Positions 33,758 to 43,269 of a DNA stretch of 64,000 bases are shown here, piece by piece. The DNA is from an uncultured Leptolinea sp. (GTDB taxonomy: Bacteria; Chloroflexota; Anaerolineae; Anaerolineales; Anaerolineaceae): positions 4,007 to 68,006 of the forward strand of contig CAIKMQ010000028.1 in assembly GCA_903828565.1 (NCBI GenBank), in the 5' to 3' direction. The notes beneath the pieces were generated by a model. The model had not been told where the DNA came from. It saw only the letters and a list, made by a program, of their open reading frames with translations, and did not search any database. The translations under genes and the position numbers were made by a program. Each line of letters starts with the position of its first letter. Positions within the stretch are counted from its first letter, which is position 1.

Positions 33758-34414
33758 TTAAGGTTTCTTCCCATTATTGGGTTTATCTGGTTTATCGTGA
33801 CCATTCCCGGGATTGGTAGAGTTACCATTACCCTGAGTATTGGTTGAACCATTCTGGTTCTGGACAGTATTTGTTTCTCGCCAGATCTGGCCCCAGCCAG
33901 TCCCATTAGCGTGCTGCTCAAGTAGAAGAGCCGGGTCACTGCCTGTTTCTTGTGAAGTCGCTAAGGCAAGCATGATATTACCGAGACCTGCGCCATTGCA
34001 GAACATCTGTTGGATGACAGAGTAATCCACACTGAAGCGAGCGGCTAGTTTTGCTGCGGCTGGTTGTTGAATGATGCTCTGTACACAGAAGAAGCCATCC
34101 TGTTTTCCAGGTTCAATAGGAGTCACCAGATAATCGATCAAATCCAACGAGGTAGGATCAACACCTTCAGTTCCATTTACTGTAATGGCATCACCAACAG
34201 CCAACAGAGTGAAGTCGAAACCGGCAGCAGGCGTAACGGTGACCAGAGATGTATCTGGTAACTGCACGACGAAGTTTACGCCTGGAGTGATGGAGACTAC
34301 AACGCCGGTTACAGATACAGGATCGCCGGTGATAGCTTGAGCGGGGGACACGCTGGTGAAGGTAAGAATCACAGTAAACAAGAGAGATAAGAAGATCGAA
34401 AGCTTGGTTTTCAT
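33758..34414 (-). CDS. secreted protein of unknown function with Asn/Gly-rich C-terminal tail
   Basis: 218 aa with a signal peptide (MKTKLSIFLSLLFTVILTFTSVSPAQA), a beta-rich N-domain, two Cys residues and a low-complexity tail (NQNGSTNTQGNGNSTNPGNGHDKPDKPNNGKKP). Confidence 0.55.
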   Translation of the reverse strand: MKTKLSIFLSLLFTVILTFTSVSPAQAITGDPVSVTGVVVSITPGVNFVVQLPDTSLVTVTPAAGFDFTLLAVGDAITVNGTEGVDPTSLDLIDYLVTPIEPGKQDGFFCVQSIIQQPAAAKLAARFSVDYSVIQQMFCNGAGLGNIMLALATSQETGSDPALLLEQHANGTGWGQIWRETNTVQNQNGSTNTQGNGNSTNPGNGHDKPDKPNNGKKP

Positions 34415-34547
34415 AGTTCTCCTTTAAGAACCAATTACTAACTAAATTTAGTTCTAACAATAACATTAGCACAGTAGCTATTGTATAGTCAATAGGGTAA
34501 GTTCCACAAATCATTCGATTGAGGATCTACACGCTGTAGCAGCAAAG

Positions 34548-34571
34548 AAAAAACCACCAAATAATTGGCGG
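34548..34571 (-). terminator. terminator downstream of tRNA-Met
   Basis: The minus strand reads CCGCCAA-ttat-TTGGTGG followed by TTTTTT. Confidence 0.5.
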
Positions 34572-34590
34572 ATTTTCGGGTGGAAAAAAG

Positions 34591-34662
34591 TGGCGAGGGT
34601 GGGATTTGAACCCACATCCAAGGGCTTATGAGTCCCCTGCTCCACCGTTGAGCTACCTCGCC
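34591..34662 (-). tRNA. tRNA with CAT anticodon (elongator Met, or Ile2 if lysidine-modified)
   Basis: The minus strand reads GGCGAGGTAGCTCAACGGTGGAGCAGGGGACTCATAAGCCCTTGGATGTGGGTTCAAATCCCACCCTCGCCA. The acceptor stem is GGCGAGG/CCTCGCC, with a D arm GCTC/GAGC, an anticodon loop CTCATAA and a T arm GTGGG-TTCAAAT-CCCAC. The G1:C72 pair argues against an initiator tRNA. CCA is not encoded. Confidence 0.9.
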
Positions 34663-34756
34663 AGAGCGGGTGTATTTTAGCATAGAATACCCATTTTTTC
34701 CATATCTTCCTGTGGCTTGTTATAATCAGTCATCTCTAGTAATCAGGAGTTGTGAT

Positions 34757-35599
34757 TTGAGTTGGAATTTACATGGAGCGATCGCACAGGCAGGAGACTT
34801 AGCCGGTCTTGTCGGGTTGAATCATAAGCATTTCATTATCAAGCTCGTCCCCGGAGCAGAGTTTCAAACTCATCGGGGAGTAATCAAACATGACCAGATC
34901 ATCGGATTACCCTGGGGTAGTAAGATCCTCAGCCATAATAACAGTCCTTTTATTGTACTGCAGCCGTCCTTGGCTGATGTGATCCGTCAAATCAAGAGGA
35001 ATACGCAGATCCTATACCCCAAGGATATCGGCTACATTCTATTAAGATTGGGCATCGGGCCGGGTATGCGGGTTCTTGAGGCTGGCACGGGTTCCGGAGC
35101 GCTAACGACTGCTCTCGCTTTTGCAGTTGGCAATGAAGGCCGGGTTTTTACTTATGAAGCGCGAGAAGAGATGAGCTCTCTCGCCCGCAAGAATCTTGAA
35201 AGGCTTGGCTTACAGGATCGGGTCGAATTTAATTTAAGGGATATCAAAGAAGGATTCAATGAGACAGGTGTGGATGCAGCCTTCCTGGATGTTCAGAATC
35301 CATACGACTACATGCCTCAGATTAGAGCTGCACTGAAACCCGGTGGTTTCTTCGGAACACTGGTTCCAACGGCCAACCAAGTTGTTCGGTTATTGGAAGC
35401 CTTGCGGTTACAGCAATTTGCTTTTGTAGATATATGTGAACTGATCATGCGCTTTTATAAAGCCGATGCAGACCATTTCCGCCCGACCGACCGCATGGTG
35501 GCACATACCGGTTACCTGATATTCGCCAGGCCTGTCAATATCTCGACAGGAACTGGTGAAGATGCTCAATTGCTAGAGGCTCTGGAAGGCGATGAGTGA
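34757..35599 (+). CDS. trmI: tRNA (adenine-N1)-methyltransferase, TrmI/GCD14 family
   Basis: Track ORF 34670..35599 begins just 8 nt from the tRNA gene. I prefer the in-frame TTG 34757, 7 nt after AGGAG. It contains ILYPKDIGYILLRLGIGPGMRVLEAGTGSGALT. Confidence 0.75.
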   Translation: MSWNLHGAIAQAGDLAGLVGLNHKHFIIKLVPGAEFQTHRGVIKHDQIIGLPWGSKILSHNNSPFIVLQPSLADVIRQIKRNTQILYPKDIGYILLRLGIGPGMRVLEAGTGSGALTTALAFAVGNEGRVFTYEAREEMSSLARKNLERLGLQDRVEFNLRDIKEGFNETGVDAAFLDVQNPYDYMPQIRAALKPGGFFGTLVPTANQVVRLLEALRLQQFAFVDICELIMRFYKADADHFRPTDRMVAHTGYLIFARPVNISTGTGEDAQLLEALEGDE

Positions 35600-36203
35600 C
35601 CTGCAGCTCGAAGCTTGGATGATCAACCGGGAAATGTTGCCGTACAGGCTGCATTCGCGGTTGGAACATCATCTTTGCGATCTGCCGCCTGAACAGGATG
35701 ACGGCTACTACCCCGCTTCTGTTTTAATACTATTTACCTGGAATGAAGACAGATGGAATATTCTATACACCCAGCGGACAGAAAAAGTACGGGATCATAA
35801 AGGTCAGGTTTCATTCCCGGGAGGGGCATGGGAAGAAGAAGATCTTTGCCTGAAAGATACAGCGCTGCGCGAAACATTGGAGGAGATAGGCATCCCTTCC
35901 AGTGAGATCTCAATTCTTGGTTCCTTACCTTCCAGACAAACCGTGACGGGTTATTATATTGTCCCATATATTGGATTACTAGACTGGCCGCAGGAGACAC
36001 ACCTTCAGGAAAACGAAGTAGAAAGCCTATTCTTAATCCCTGTGGATTGGTTGGCGGATGAGACCAAGCGGGAAGACAGGGAGTTTACAACACCAGGGTC
36101 GGTGTCAACTCGAAAAGCATTATTTTACAAGGAGTATGCAGGCCACACACTCTGGGGAATCACGGCCAACCTGACTGTGCAAATTCTGGATCTATTAAAA
36201 TAA
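35592..36203 (+). CDS. NUDIX hydrolase, CoA pyrophosphatase-like
   Basis: 203 aa with the Nudix box GQVSFPGGAWEEEDLCLKDTALRETLEEIGI, which follows the NudL-type context. Confidence 0.75.
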   Translation: MSDLQLEAWMINREMLPYRLHSRLEHHLCDLPPEQDDGYYPASVLILFTWNEDRWNILYTQRTEKVRDHKGQVSFPGGAWEEEDLCLKDTALRETLEEIGIPSSEISILGSLPSRQTVTGYYIVPYIGLLDWPQETHLQENEVESLFLIPVDWLADETKREDREFTTPGSVSTRKALFYKEYAGHTLWGITANLTVQILDLLK

Positions 36204-36236
36204 AAGCAGCGGTCAATTGACCGCTGCTCTGGTTTT
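36200..36236. terminator. bidirectional terminator between the NUDIX gene and rplY
   Basis: AGCAGCGGTC-aatt-GACCGCTGCT is a 10-bp stem, flanked by an A-rich 5' side and GGTTTT on the 3' side. Confidence 0.65.
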
Positions 36237-36250
36237 GCAAGTAACTGAGA

Positions 36251-36898
36251 TTAGTCAGCGACTTCTTCTTCTTTCTTACCCTTCTCGATGACTTCAGGTT
36301 CAGTGCTGGAGACTTCACCTTCGACAGTGGTAACTTCCTCTTCCACCTTCTGATTGGAAATGTGGACGATCTGATCTTCAACATGATTGTAAACAGTGAT
36401 ATGATCGTCAAGCTTCAGATCAGATACACGGATACCATCACCGATCTTCTGCAACCCGGAAATATCGACCACGATCTTCTCAGGCAGGTACTGTGGAAGG
36501 CATTCGACATCCAGTTCATCCAGGCCAGTGATGACCATACCGTTGAAGTTCTTAACAGCAGGTGAAAGACCAACGATCTCAATGGAAACATGGGTGCGGA
36601 GTTTCTCCGTCAGTGAGATCACCTGAAAATCCACGTGAAGCAATGTGCCGCGAATATAATCGCGCTGCTTTTCGCGCACGAGGGTGGCATTTTCTTTACC
36701 ATCCACGCTGACAGTGACGATAGAGGATTCGGTAATGGATGCGAGTACACGTGCTGCAGATTTCAGATCCATTACAATGGGGGTGGTTGTAAAATTATGC
36801 CCGTAAAGGACACCAGGCAGCTTACCTTCGCGACGAAGGACGCTGACCTTCTTGCCCGTAATTGAACGGGGTGATGCATTGATCACTGCTTTTTCCAT
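36251..36898 (-). CDS. rplY: 50S ribosomal protein L25/general stress protein Ctc
   Basis: 215 aa starting MEKAVINASPRSITGKKVSVLRREGKLPGVLYG, with an acidic C-terminal extension. Confidence 0.88.
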   Translation of the reverse strand: MEKAVINASPRSITGKKVSVLRREGKLPGVLYGHNFTTTPIVMDLKSAARVLASITESSIVTVSVDGKENATLVREKQRDYIRGTLLHVDFQVISLTEKLRTHVSIEIVGLSPAVKNFNGMVITGLDELDVECLPQYLPEKIVVDISGLQKIGDGIRVSDLKLDDHITVYNHVEDQIVHISNQKVEEEVTTVEGEVSSTEPEVIEKGKKEEEVAD

Positions 36899-36980
36899 AC
36901 TTGCTCATCTTTCTGGCGCCTCTCACCAAACGAATGGTTACCTTCGCCGCTATAAAATGGTTTTCCCTTAGGGAACCTGT

Positions 36981-37009
36981 ATTTTATCCTTACCTGCGAC
37001 TTTAGTCAA
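36981..37009 (-). promoter_or_regulatory. sigma-70-like promoter for rplY
   Basis: The minus strand reads TTGACT, a 17-nt spacer, then TAAAAT, about 80 nt upstream of the start. Confidence 0.55.
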
Positions 37010-37044
37010 CCAACTCCTCAGCATTTATAATTGGATCTATAGAG

Positions 37045-37863
37045 TTGAGGTGTATGGTGGCAGAGTGGCAATTTAGTTTAGATGAGCGGAACGGTTTCAT
37101 TTATTATGATGACCCCAACCCTCTTGCAGAGAGAGTGGTTTTCTTATTCCATGGTCTTGGCGTGGATTCACGCAGCTGGTACTTTCAAGTAGCTGCATTG
37201 TGTGAAGCGGGTTTTCGACCGCTGGTAATCGATCTTCCGGGGTACGGAAAAAGCGTATGGCCAACGAAGAGATGGTCCTTTGAGGGAGTGGCGAAGATCT
37301 TAAAGGAGTTTACTACAACCTTTTCAGCAGACAATAAATATATAGTGGGGATATCTCTCGGAGGTGCTTTTACATTAAGGTTGCTGGCAATGGCTCCCGG
37401 GTTTTTCGACGGAGCTGTCCTGATTAATGCTTTCTCAAAAATTAAGCCACACGGCCTATCTAACACTATTTTCCTGTTCACCAGATTATTGAAAGTCAGC
37501 ACGATGCCCATGAAGGAACAGGCAGAGTATATGGCTGCGCGCTTGTTTCCTGATCAGAAGGATGATCTCTTCAGAGAAATGATTGTTGAACAGATCGTAT
37601 CTTCCGACCGAAAGGTGTATCTCCAGACATTGCTGCAATTAGCCGCCTTGAATCTTGACAGAAATCTTTGGAAAGTCACTACACCTTGTGTGTTGATCAC
37701 CGGAGCGGAGGATAGTACCATCCACCCGGAATCCCAGGCAATTATGGCGAAATCCCTGTCGAATTGCAGCCAGATAGTAATTCAAGGCGCAGGCCACGCA
37801 GTGATCGTCCAGGAACCTGAATCAGTGAATGCGATCATCCTGAACTTTATAAAAACCCATTGA
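37045..37863 (+). CDS. alpha/beta-fold hydrolase
   Basis: 272 aa with HGLG, the nucleophile elbow GISLGG and a C-terminal GAGHAV. The start could instead be ATG 37054. Confidence 0.75.
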   Translation: MRCMVAEWQFSLDERNGFIYYDDPNPLAERVVFLFHGLGVDSRSWYFQVAALCEAGFRPLVIDLPGYGKSVWPTKRWSFEGVAKILKEFTTTFSADNKYIVGISLGGAFTLRLLAMAPGFFDGAVLINAFSKIKPHGLSNTIFLFTRLLKVSTMPMKEQAEYMAARLFPDQKDDLFREMIVEQIVSSDRKVYLQTLLQLAALNLDRNLWKVTTPCVLITGAEDSTIHPESQAIMAKSLSNCSQIVIQGAGHAVIVQEPESVNAIILNFIKTH

Positions 37864-37944
37864 TTATCCCTTTACGAGCTTCTTCCAATCAGCTTGTTAG
37901 GGTGTATACTTTTATTTATTCACCCCAAATTTAGTGAGGTCATC

Positions 37945-39075
37945 ATGGTTACTATAGAAAAGATAGATACCAATAACAAGAAGCAGGTTGACCAGTTTAT
38001 CCAATTCCATTATGACTTATATACGGGTACACCTCAGTGGGTACCCCCATTCTTTACGGATCATCGCCTGATGCTGAACCGTAAGAAGCACCCATTTTAT
38101 GAGCATAGTGACGCAGATTTTTTCATCGCGCTACAAGATGGGAAAATGGTTGGCCGGATTGCTGCGCTGGAGAATCGTCCCTTCAATAAATATCACAGCA
38201 CGAAAGATGCTGAATTCTATTTCTTCGATTGCATTGATGACCAGCAAGTAGCGAATGCCTTGTTCGAAGCATTATTTGCCTGGGCGCGCGCCAGAGGGTT
38301 AAATCACATTGTCGGGCCAAAAGGGATGAGCCCATTCGATGGATATGGCATTCAGATCGAAGGGTTTGAGCATCGCCAGGTTATGAATATGATGAATTAC
38401 AACTTCTCGTATTACCCGAAACTGGTGGAAGCCATAGGGTTTACGAAAGAAGTGGATTTTGTCTCCTGCTATATCCCACCTGCGAAATTCATCATTGAAC
38501 CACGCATTAAACTGATCGCGAAAAAGGTGGAAGAACGAGGTACCTTCAAGGTCATTCGGTTTAAGAATAAAGCTCACCTGATCGCCTGGGCTGATAAGAT
38601 CGGTGAAGCATATAACAATACCTTTGTAAAGAACTGGGAGTATTACCCACTCTCAAAGCGAGAGATTGCCTTCGTAGTGGATCAGATCAAACTTCTGGGT
38701 GTCCCCAAATTGATCAAAATTATTACGCATGAAGATACCGTTGTAGGTTTTGCATTCGGTTTCCCCGATGTATCTCGTGCCATGCAGCGTGCCAAGGGTA
38801 AATTGAACCTGTTCACCATACTGGATATCTTCAGTGAATTAAAGAAGACCGACTGGATCTCATTCAATGGCGTTGGCGTTCTTCCTGAATACCATGGCAG
38901 GGGTGGAAATGCGCTCATGTATTCTGAGATGGAAGATACGCTGCATGAGTTCACCTTTGCACACGGCGAGCTTACTCAGGTTGCTGAAACTACAAAACAG
39001 ATGCGGAAAGACCTCGAGAATCTGGGCGGATCCGCCTATAAAAACCATCGGGTGTACCAGATACATCTGGATTAA
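37945..39075 (+). CDS. GNAT-like N-acetyltransferase family protein
   Basis: The start is set at ATG 37945 (MVTIEKID). It is about 376 aa, with a C-terminal acyl-CoA-binding-like segment (VLPEYHGRGGNALMY). Confidence 0.55.
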   Translation: MVTIEKIDTNNKKQVDQFIQFHYDLYTGTPQWVPPFFTDHRLMLNRKKHPFYEHSDADFFIALQDGKMVGRIAALENRPFNKYHSTKDAEFYFFDCIDDQQVANALFEALFAWARARGLNHIVGPKGMSPFDGYGIQIEGFEHRQVMNMMNYNFSYYPKLVEAIGFTKEVDFVSCYIPPAKFIIEPRIKLIAKKVEERGTFKVIRFKNKAHLIAWADKIGEAYNNTFVKNWEYYPLSKREIAFVVDQIKLLGVPKLIKIITHEDTVVGFAFGFPDVSRAMQRAKGKLNLFTILDIFSELKKTDWISFNGVGVLPEYHGRGGNALMYSEMEDTLHEFTFAHGELTQVAETTKQMRKDLENLGGSAYKNHRVYQIHLD

Positions 39076-39096
39076 CCGGAAATCTAGCCGAGCAAC

Positions 39097-39124
39097 GGAG
39101 CGGGAAACCGCTCCATTTTATTTT
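39097..39124 (+). terminator. rho-independent terminator after the GNAT-like gene
   Basis: GGAGCGG-gaaa-CCGCTCC is followed by ATTTTATTTT. Confidence 0.7.
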
Positions 39125-39852
39125 AAAAGATCAACTAAGCAGGCGAAATCCGAAGGGGGAGGAATAGAAACCACAATCGGTTGGGAGGTAACAGGATGTG
39201 TAAAGGTTAACTGAAATGCATGCAGCATTAAGCGCTTCTGATACCCAGATCCAGCTAGAAGTGCCTCATAAGTTTGCATGGACGATTTGTAAATGGAACG
39301 CGTGTAGAGGGGATCGAAGAGGATGGGGAATCCCAAATGACTGCTATGGGCGCGGATCTGGTGGGTTAATCCGCTGAAGAGCTCTGCCTTAAGCAAATCC
39401 ACCCCCTGTAGGTGCTTCTGAACATGGAAGAATGTCCTGGCCGTTTTACCTTTTGAGAAGTTTGCTACAGTACGGTGATCTCTATCCCCATTGACCAGAA
39501 GGGATGTTCTTTCATCCCAATTATCCCAGGTGGGATGCCCAAGGACCAGGCAGAGATATTGTTTTTTGATAGCGCGTGAATCGAAAAGTAAATTCATTGT
39601 CCGGTGGGTATCAGCATCCCTGGCGAGGATCAGTGCACCGCTTGTTTCTTTGTCTAATCTATGAAGGGAGTACAACCTCCCCCACTCAGATTCAAGGAGG
39701 CTCCGAACATGGGGGAGAGTCGGATCGTAGCCATCAGGAATCGATAACAGGCCGGAAGGCTTATTGATAACCAGCAGATAAGCGTCAGAATAGATGATTT
39801 CGATTTCTAAACCCATATCACCATGGATACCCATTGCGTTGATATAATACAT
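39118..39852 (-). CDS. RluA-family pseudouridine synthase (no S4 domain)
   Basis: 244 aa with LVINKPSGLL and the catalytic HRLDKETSGALILA. The start codon choice is uncertain. Confidence 0.8.
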   Translation of the reverse strand: MYYINAMGIHGDMGLEIEIIYSDAYLLVINKPSGLLSIPDGYDPTLPHVRSLLESEWGRLYSLHRLDKETSGALILARDADTHRTMNLLFDSRAIKKQYLCLVLGHPTWDNWDERTSLLVNGDRDHRTVANFSKGKTARTFFHVQKHLQGVDLLKAELFSGLTHQIRAHSSHLGFPILFDPLYTRSIYKSSMQTYEALLAGSGYQKRLMLHAFQLTFTHPVTSQPIVVSIPPPSDFACLVDLLK

Positions 39853-39875
39853 TGTAATTCATCCCGGGAGGTTCC

Positions 39876-40172
39876 ATGTTTATTGTTCACATACACGTAA
39901 ATGTTCGGCCAGAGCGCCTGGAAGATTTTATTCGAGCCACTCGGGAAAATGCAGCCAACTCACTAAAAGAGCCAGGGGTAAAAAGATTTGATGTGTATCA
40001 GGAAGAAAGCAGTCCCAGCCACTTTGTGCTTGAAGAGATCTATGTCAATCAGGAAGCAGCAAACTCACATAAAGATACAGATCACTATAAGATCTGGCGG
40101 AACACTGTCAATGATATGATGGCTGAACCGCGGCACACAGTTCGTTACACTGGTATAGTGATCAAGGACTGA
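39876..40172 (+). CDS. antibiotic-biosynthesis-monooxygenase (ABM) domain protein
   Basis: 98 aa with a ferredoxin-like ABM pattern (VHIHVNVRPERLEDFIRAT...FVLEEIYVNQEAANSH). Confidence 0.7.
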   Translation: MFIVHIHVNVRPERLEDFIRATRENAANSLKEPGVKRFDVYQEESSPSHFVLEEIYVNQEAANSHKDTDHYKIWRNTVNDMMAEPRHTVRYTGIVIKD

Positions 40173-40173
40173 G

Positions 40174-41322
40174 ATGCAATTCGAATTTGCCACTTCACAG
40201 CGGATCCTCTTTGGAAGGGGTGCAGTTGACCAACTCCCCGGTTTAGCCGATGACTATGGCCGGCGGATACTGCTGGTAACCGGCCGACACACATCCAACA
40301 TTCCGTTTCAAACTTTATTCCCGGAAGATAAGGGATGGCAGATAGTATCCATAGTTGTTCAAGGCGAGCCTGATCTTAACTTTATTCAAGCTAAACTCGT
40401 TGAGATAGCTGGATTCAAGCCCAATGTGGTTGTAAGCATCGGTGGCGGTAGTGTTTTGGACTCTGGTAAAGCCTTCGCGGCACTGTATACGAACCCGGGC
40501 GAAATGCTAGGTTATATTGAAGTGGCAGGTAAGGGGCAACCCCTCCAGAAAGACCCGCTTCCCCATATTGCCGTCCCGACTACCGCCGGTACAGGATCGG
40601 AGGTTACCCGGAATGCGGTCCTTACCATCCCGGCAATGAAAACAAAGGCAAGTTTGCGCAGCATTAATATGCTTCCATCGGTCGCTCTGGTGGATCCGGA
40701 TCTGACCCGCACTTTACCACTGAATGTTACGGCGTCTACAGGTATGGATGCCCTGACACAGGTGATAGAACCGCTGATCTCTCGTAGAGCCAACCCGATG
40801 ACGGATGCTTTTTGTCTGCAGGCGATCCCCCTGATCATGCAATCTCTGCCTTTGCTGATGCGTACGCCTGAAGATATAGTATTACGCGAGCAAATGAGCC
40901 TGGCAAGCCTGTACGGCGGTTTGGCTTTAGCAAATTCGGGCCTGGGTGTCATTCATGGCTTTGCTGCTGCCATCGGTGGAATGTATTCTGGTATAGGGCA
41001 CGCGAATATCTGTGCTGCCATTCTACCGGCCGGCTTCAAAGCAAATCGCCTGGCTTGTCAGAGGTCGTCTGAGAATCAGTCTATTGTCGGAAGAATGGAA
41101 GCTATTTCATTGCTGCTGACCAATGGAGCTTCCAAATATGGTGAAGAGGCACTGCGTAGCCTGGCGAATCGTTTGCAATGCCCGGGTCTGGCAGCCCTGG
41201 GTGTAAGGTTGGATGATGCGGATGAGATCATTATGCATGTTATGCAGTCAAGCAGCTATAAAGGAAATCCGATTGAGTTATCTCCGGAAGCATTGATGTT
41301 GATCCTTTCGGAAAGTATGTAA
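40174..41322 (+). CDS. iron-containing (group III) alcohol dehydrogenase family protein
   Basis: 382 aa with GGGSVLDSGK, VPTTAGTGSEVT and His-rich metal-site segments. Confidence 0.8.
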   Translation: MQFEFATSQRILFGRGAVDQLPGLADDYGRRILLVTGRHTSNIPFQTLFPEDKGWQIVSIVVQGEPDLNFIQAKLVEIAGFKPNVVVSIGGGSVLDSGKAFAALYTNPGEMLGYIEVAGKGQPLQKDPLPHIAVPTTAGTGSEVTRNAVLTIPAMKTKASLRSINMLPSVALVDPDLTRTLPLNVTASTGMDALTQVIEPLISRRANPMTDAFCLQAIPLIMQSLPLLMRTPEDIVLREQMSLASLYGGLALANSGLGVIHGFAAAIGGMYSGIGHANICAAILPAGFKANRLACQRSSENQSIVGRMEAISLLLTNGASKYGEEALRSLANRLQCPGLAALGVRLDDADEIIMHVMQSSSYKGNPIELSPEALMLILSESM

Positions 41323-41354
41323 ACAATAGCTGCCATTTGGCAGCTATTGTTTTT
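41323..41354 (+). terminator. rho-independent terminator after the Fe-ADH gene
   Basis: ACAATAGCTGCC-attt-GGCAGCTATTGT is a 12-bp stem followed by TTTT. Confidence 0.75.
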
Positions 41355-41356
41355 GA

Positions 41357-42199
41357 TCATTGCGCTGTGAAATAACTGACGGCCAGAGCCTTGGGGCCGG
41401 CATGGACGACAATAGCAGAAGGTAGAATATAAATGGGGATGTCGTGGATCCCTAATTGCTCTTCCAGGCTTACACAGATATCGCGCGCGTCCTCTTCTGC
41501 ATCACAATGCATCACGGTAACCATCCCTGAACCATCACGTGGACAATCCTCCATTACCAAGTTGATCATTCTGGTAATGGCTTTTTTCTTGGTCTGCTGT
41601 TTATCAGCACTTTCCACACGGCCATCTTTTACTGTCAGAATTGGCTTCATCTGTAAAAGGCTGCCTAAAAGTGCAGCAGCTCCACCGATCCTGCCGCCTT
41701 TATAGAGATATTCCAGAGTATCGACCATGAAATATACTTTTTGGTGTGCCGATAGATCGATCACTTTCTTCTCGATCTCATCTGCAGATACCCCAGCCAT
41801 CGCCCATTCATGTGCCTTAAGTACGATCGACCCCAATCCGCTTGCGATCGTGCGGGAATCGATCACGCGAATATCTGCTTTTGGAAATTCTTCCCGCGCA
41901 ACGGTTGCAGCCCGAAAAGTGCCGCTCACATCGGCGGATGGTGTGATGACGATCACTGTATTACCGTTCCCTGTGTATTTGTTAAAAAGGGGGCGATAAA
42001 GATCCGGCGATGGTGCGGATGTCTTGGGTAATACCGGAGAGGCTTTCAATAGTTTGAGGAAGGTCTCGGTATCCAATTCACTATCATCGCGGTATTCCTT
42101 ATCGCCGAATATGATAATCTGCGGTAAAGTAGGGATACCGAGTACTACAAGTGCATCTAAAGGCAGACTGGTTGTTGTATCAGCAATGATCGTGACCAT
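41357..42199 (-). CDS. DegV-family fatty-acid-binding protein
   Basis: The start is set at ATG 42199 (MVTIIADTTTSLP), after AAAGGA. It contains SAPSPDLY, ITPSADVSGT and YLYKGGRIG. Confidence 0.8.
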   Translation of the reverse strand: MVTIIADTTTSLPLDALVVLGIPTLPQIIIFGDKEYRDDSELDTETFLKLLKASPVLPKTSAPSPDLYRPLFNKYTGNGNTVIVITPSADVSGTFRAATVAREEFPKADIRVIDSRTIASGLGSIVLKAHEWAMAGVSADEIEKKVIDLSAHQKVYFMVDTLEYLYKGGRIGGAAALLGSLLQMKPILTVKDGRVESADKQQTKKKAITRMINLVMEDCPRDGSGMVTVMHCDAEEDARDICVSLEEQLGIHDIPIYILPSAIVVHAGPKALAVSYFTAQ

Positions 42200-42213
42200 A
42201 GGATCCTTTCTAA

Positions 42214-43218
42214 TTAAAGGTTGTTCGTATTCAGATTGCATGCGGGAAGTCCACCTGCAGGTAAAGCAGCAAGCACCCCCGCTATGATCGCTTTCATGAA
42301 TGCTTCAGCGGCACACGCACCGATCAGGTTGACATCTGCCGGTAAGGTGCCGTATGAAAGTGAGAAGATGGTATCTCCATCCAGCATGGTATGTGCTGGG
42401 CGGATCGCCCGGGCGAGGCCGTCCTGAGCCATCTGCGCGACCTTATTAATTTCTTCTTTGTTCAATCTGGCATTCGTGGCAACAGCACCAATGACTGTGT
42501 TGGATTGACCGGCAAAATGCATAACGGCCTTTCCGGGTAGGGTCTTCATGGATGCCAGAGTATCTGCGAATTTAAGCTCACCCCCGGATGCAGCTGGTAC
42601 TTTTCGCGTACCGGCCAGAATATTCCCCGAGGTGGGATCGAGCACATCCCCAAAGGCATTGACGACAACGAGGGCTGATACGAGAATTCCACCACCGGCA
42701 TCCACAGTGGCTGAGCCAATACCGGCTTTCATTGCCCCGGCAGGTCCAAACAACTTGCCTACACTGGCTCCGCATCCAGCCCCAACATTCCCCTGAGCAA
42801 TCCGTTGCGAGCTGGCTTGGATGCACGCCTGATATCCCATAGCTGCATCGGGTCGGACTTTTGGATCTCCGATGGCCAGATCAAAGATAACTGCAGCTGG
42901 TACAATCGGTACTCTGGCTACCCCGGCATTGAACCCCGTCTTCTTTTCTTCCAAGTATTTCATTACACCGGCAGCTGCATCCAGGCCGAATGCGGAGCCA
43001 CCGCTTAGTAAGACCGCGTGTACTTTATTAACCAGGTGCATCGGACGCAACAAATCCGTTTCCCTTGACCCCGGGGCACCTCCACGCTGATCCACACCGG
43101 CGACAGCACCTTTCGGACAGAGAATGACAGTACATCCTGTCAAAGCTGTATCATTCTGTGCATGGCCGACAGAAATACCAGTGATGTCGGTGATGTCATT
43201 GTGCAAGTTGGTCATTAT
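42214..43218 (-). CDS. P1/S58-family aminopeptidase (DmpA/BapA-like)
   Basis: The start is set at ATG 43218, after GGAGG. It contains ITGISVGHAQ...TGCTVILCP and the self-processing region GNFCT-like NTVIGAVATNA. Confidence 0.75.
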   Translation of the reverse strand: MMTNLHNDITDITGISVGHAQNDTALTGCTVILCPKGAVAGVDQRGGAPGSRETDLLRPMHLVNKVHAVLLSGGSAFGLDAAAGVMKYLEEKKTGFNAGVARVPIVPAAVIFDLAIGDPKVRPDAAMGYQACIQASSQRIAQGNVGAGCGASVGKLFGPAGAMKAGIGSATVDAGGGILVSALVVVNAFGDVLDPTSGNILAGTRKVPAASGGELKFADTLASMKTLPGKAVMHFAGQSNTVIGAVATNARLNKEEINKVAQMAQDGLARAIRPAHTMLDGDTIFSLSYGTLPADVNLIGACAAEAFMKAIIAGVLAALPAGGLPACNLNTNNL

Positions 43219-43228
43219 TCCTCCAGAA

Positions 43229-43259
43229 TTGACATACAACAGTAATCATACATTAAAAT
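43229..43259 (+). promoter_or_regulatory. promoter-like TTGACA/TAAAAT pair abutting the 43270 start
   Basis: TTGACA (43229..43234), a 19-nt spacer, then TAAAAT (43254..43259). Only 10 nt separate the -10 box from the ATG, and they contain no SD. Confidence 0.4.
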
Positions 43260-43269
43260 GGTTTGATAT

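Noticed and set aside
34670-34756. The long N-terminal extension of the trmI ORF that starts 8 nt from the tRNA gene.
   Set aside because: The extension would leave no room for either promoter, and its translation is hydrophobic nonsense. An in-frame TTG with a well-spaced AGGAG at 34745..34749 fits better.
36899-36980. The roughly 80-nt rplY 5' UTR with a small hairpin (TTCCC-tta-GGGAA), as a possible ribosomal-protein leader.
   Set aside because: The stem is short, I could see no mimicry of the 5S rRNA loop E site, and I know of no established L25 leader with which to compare it.
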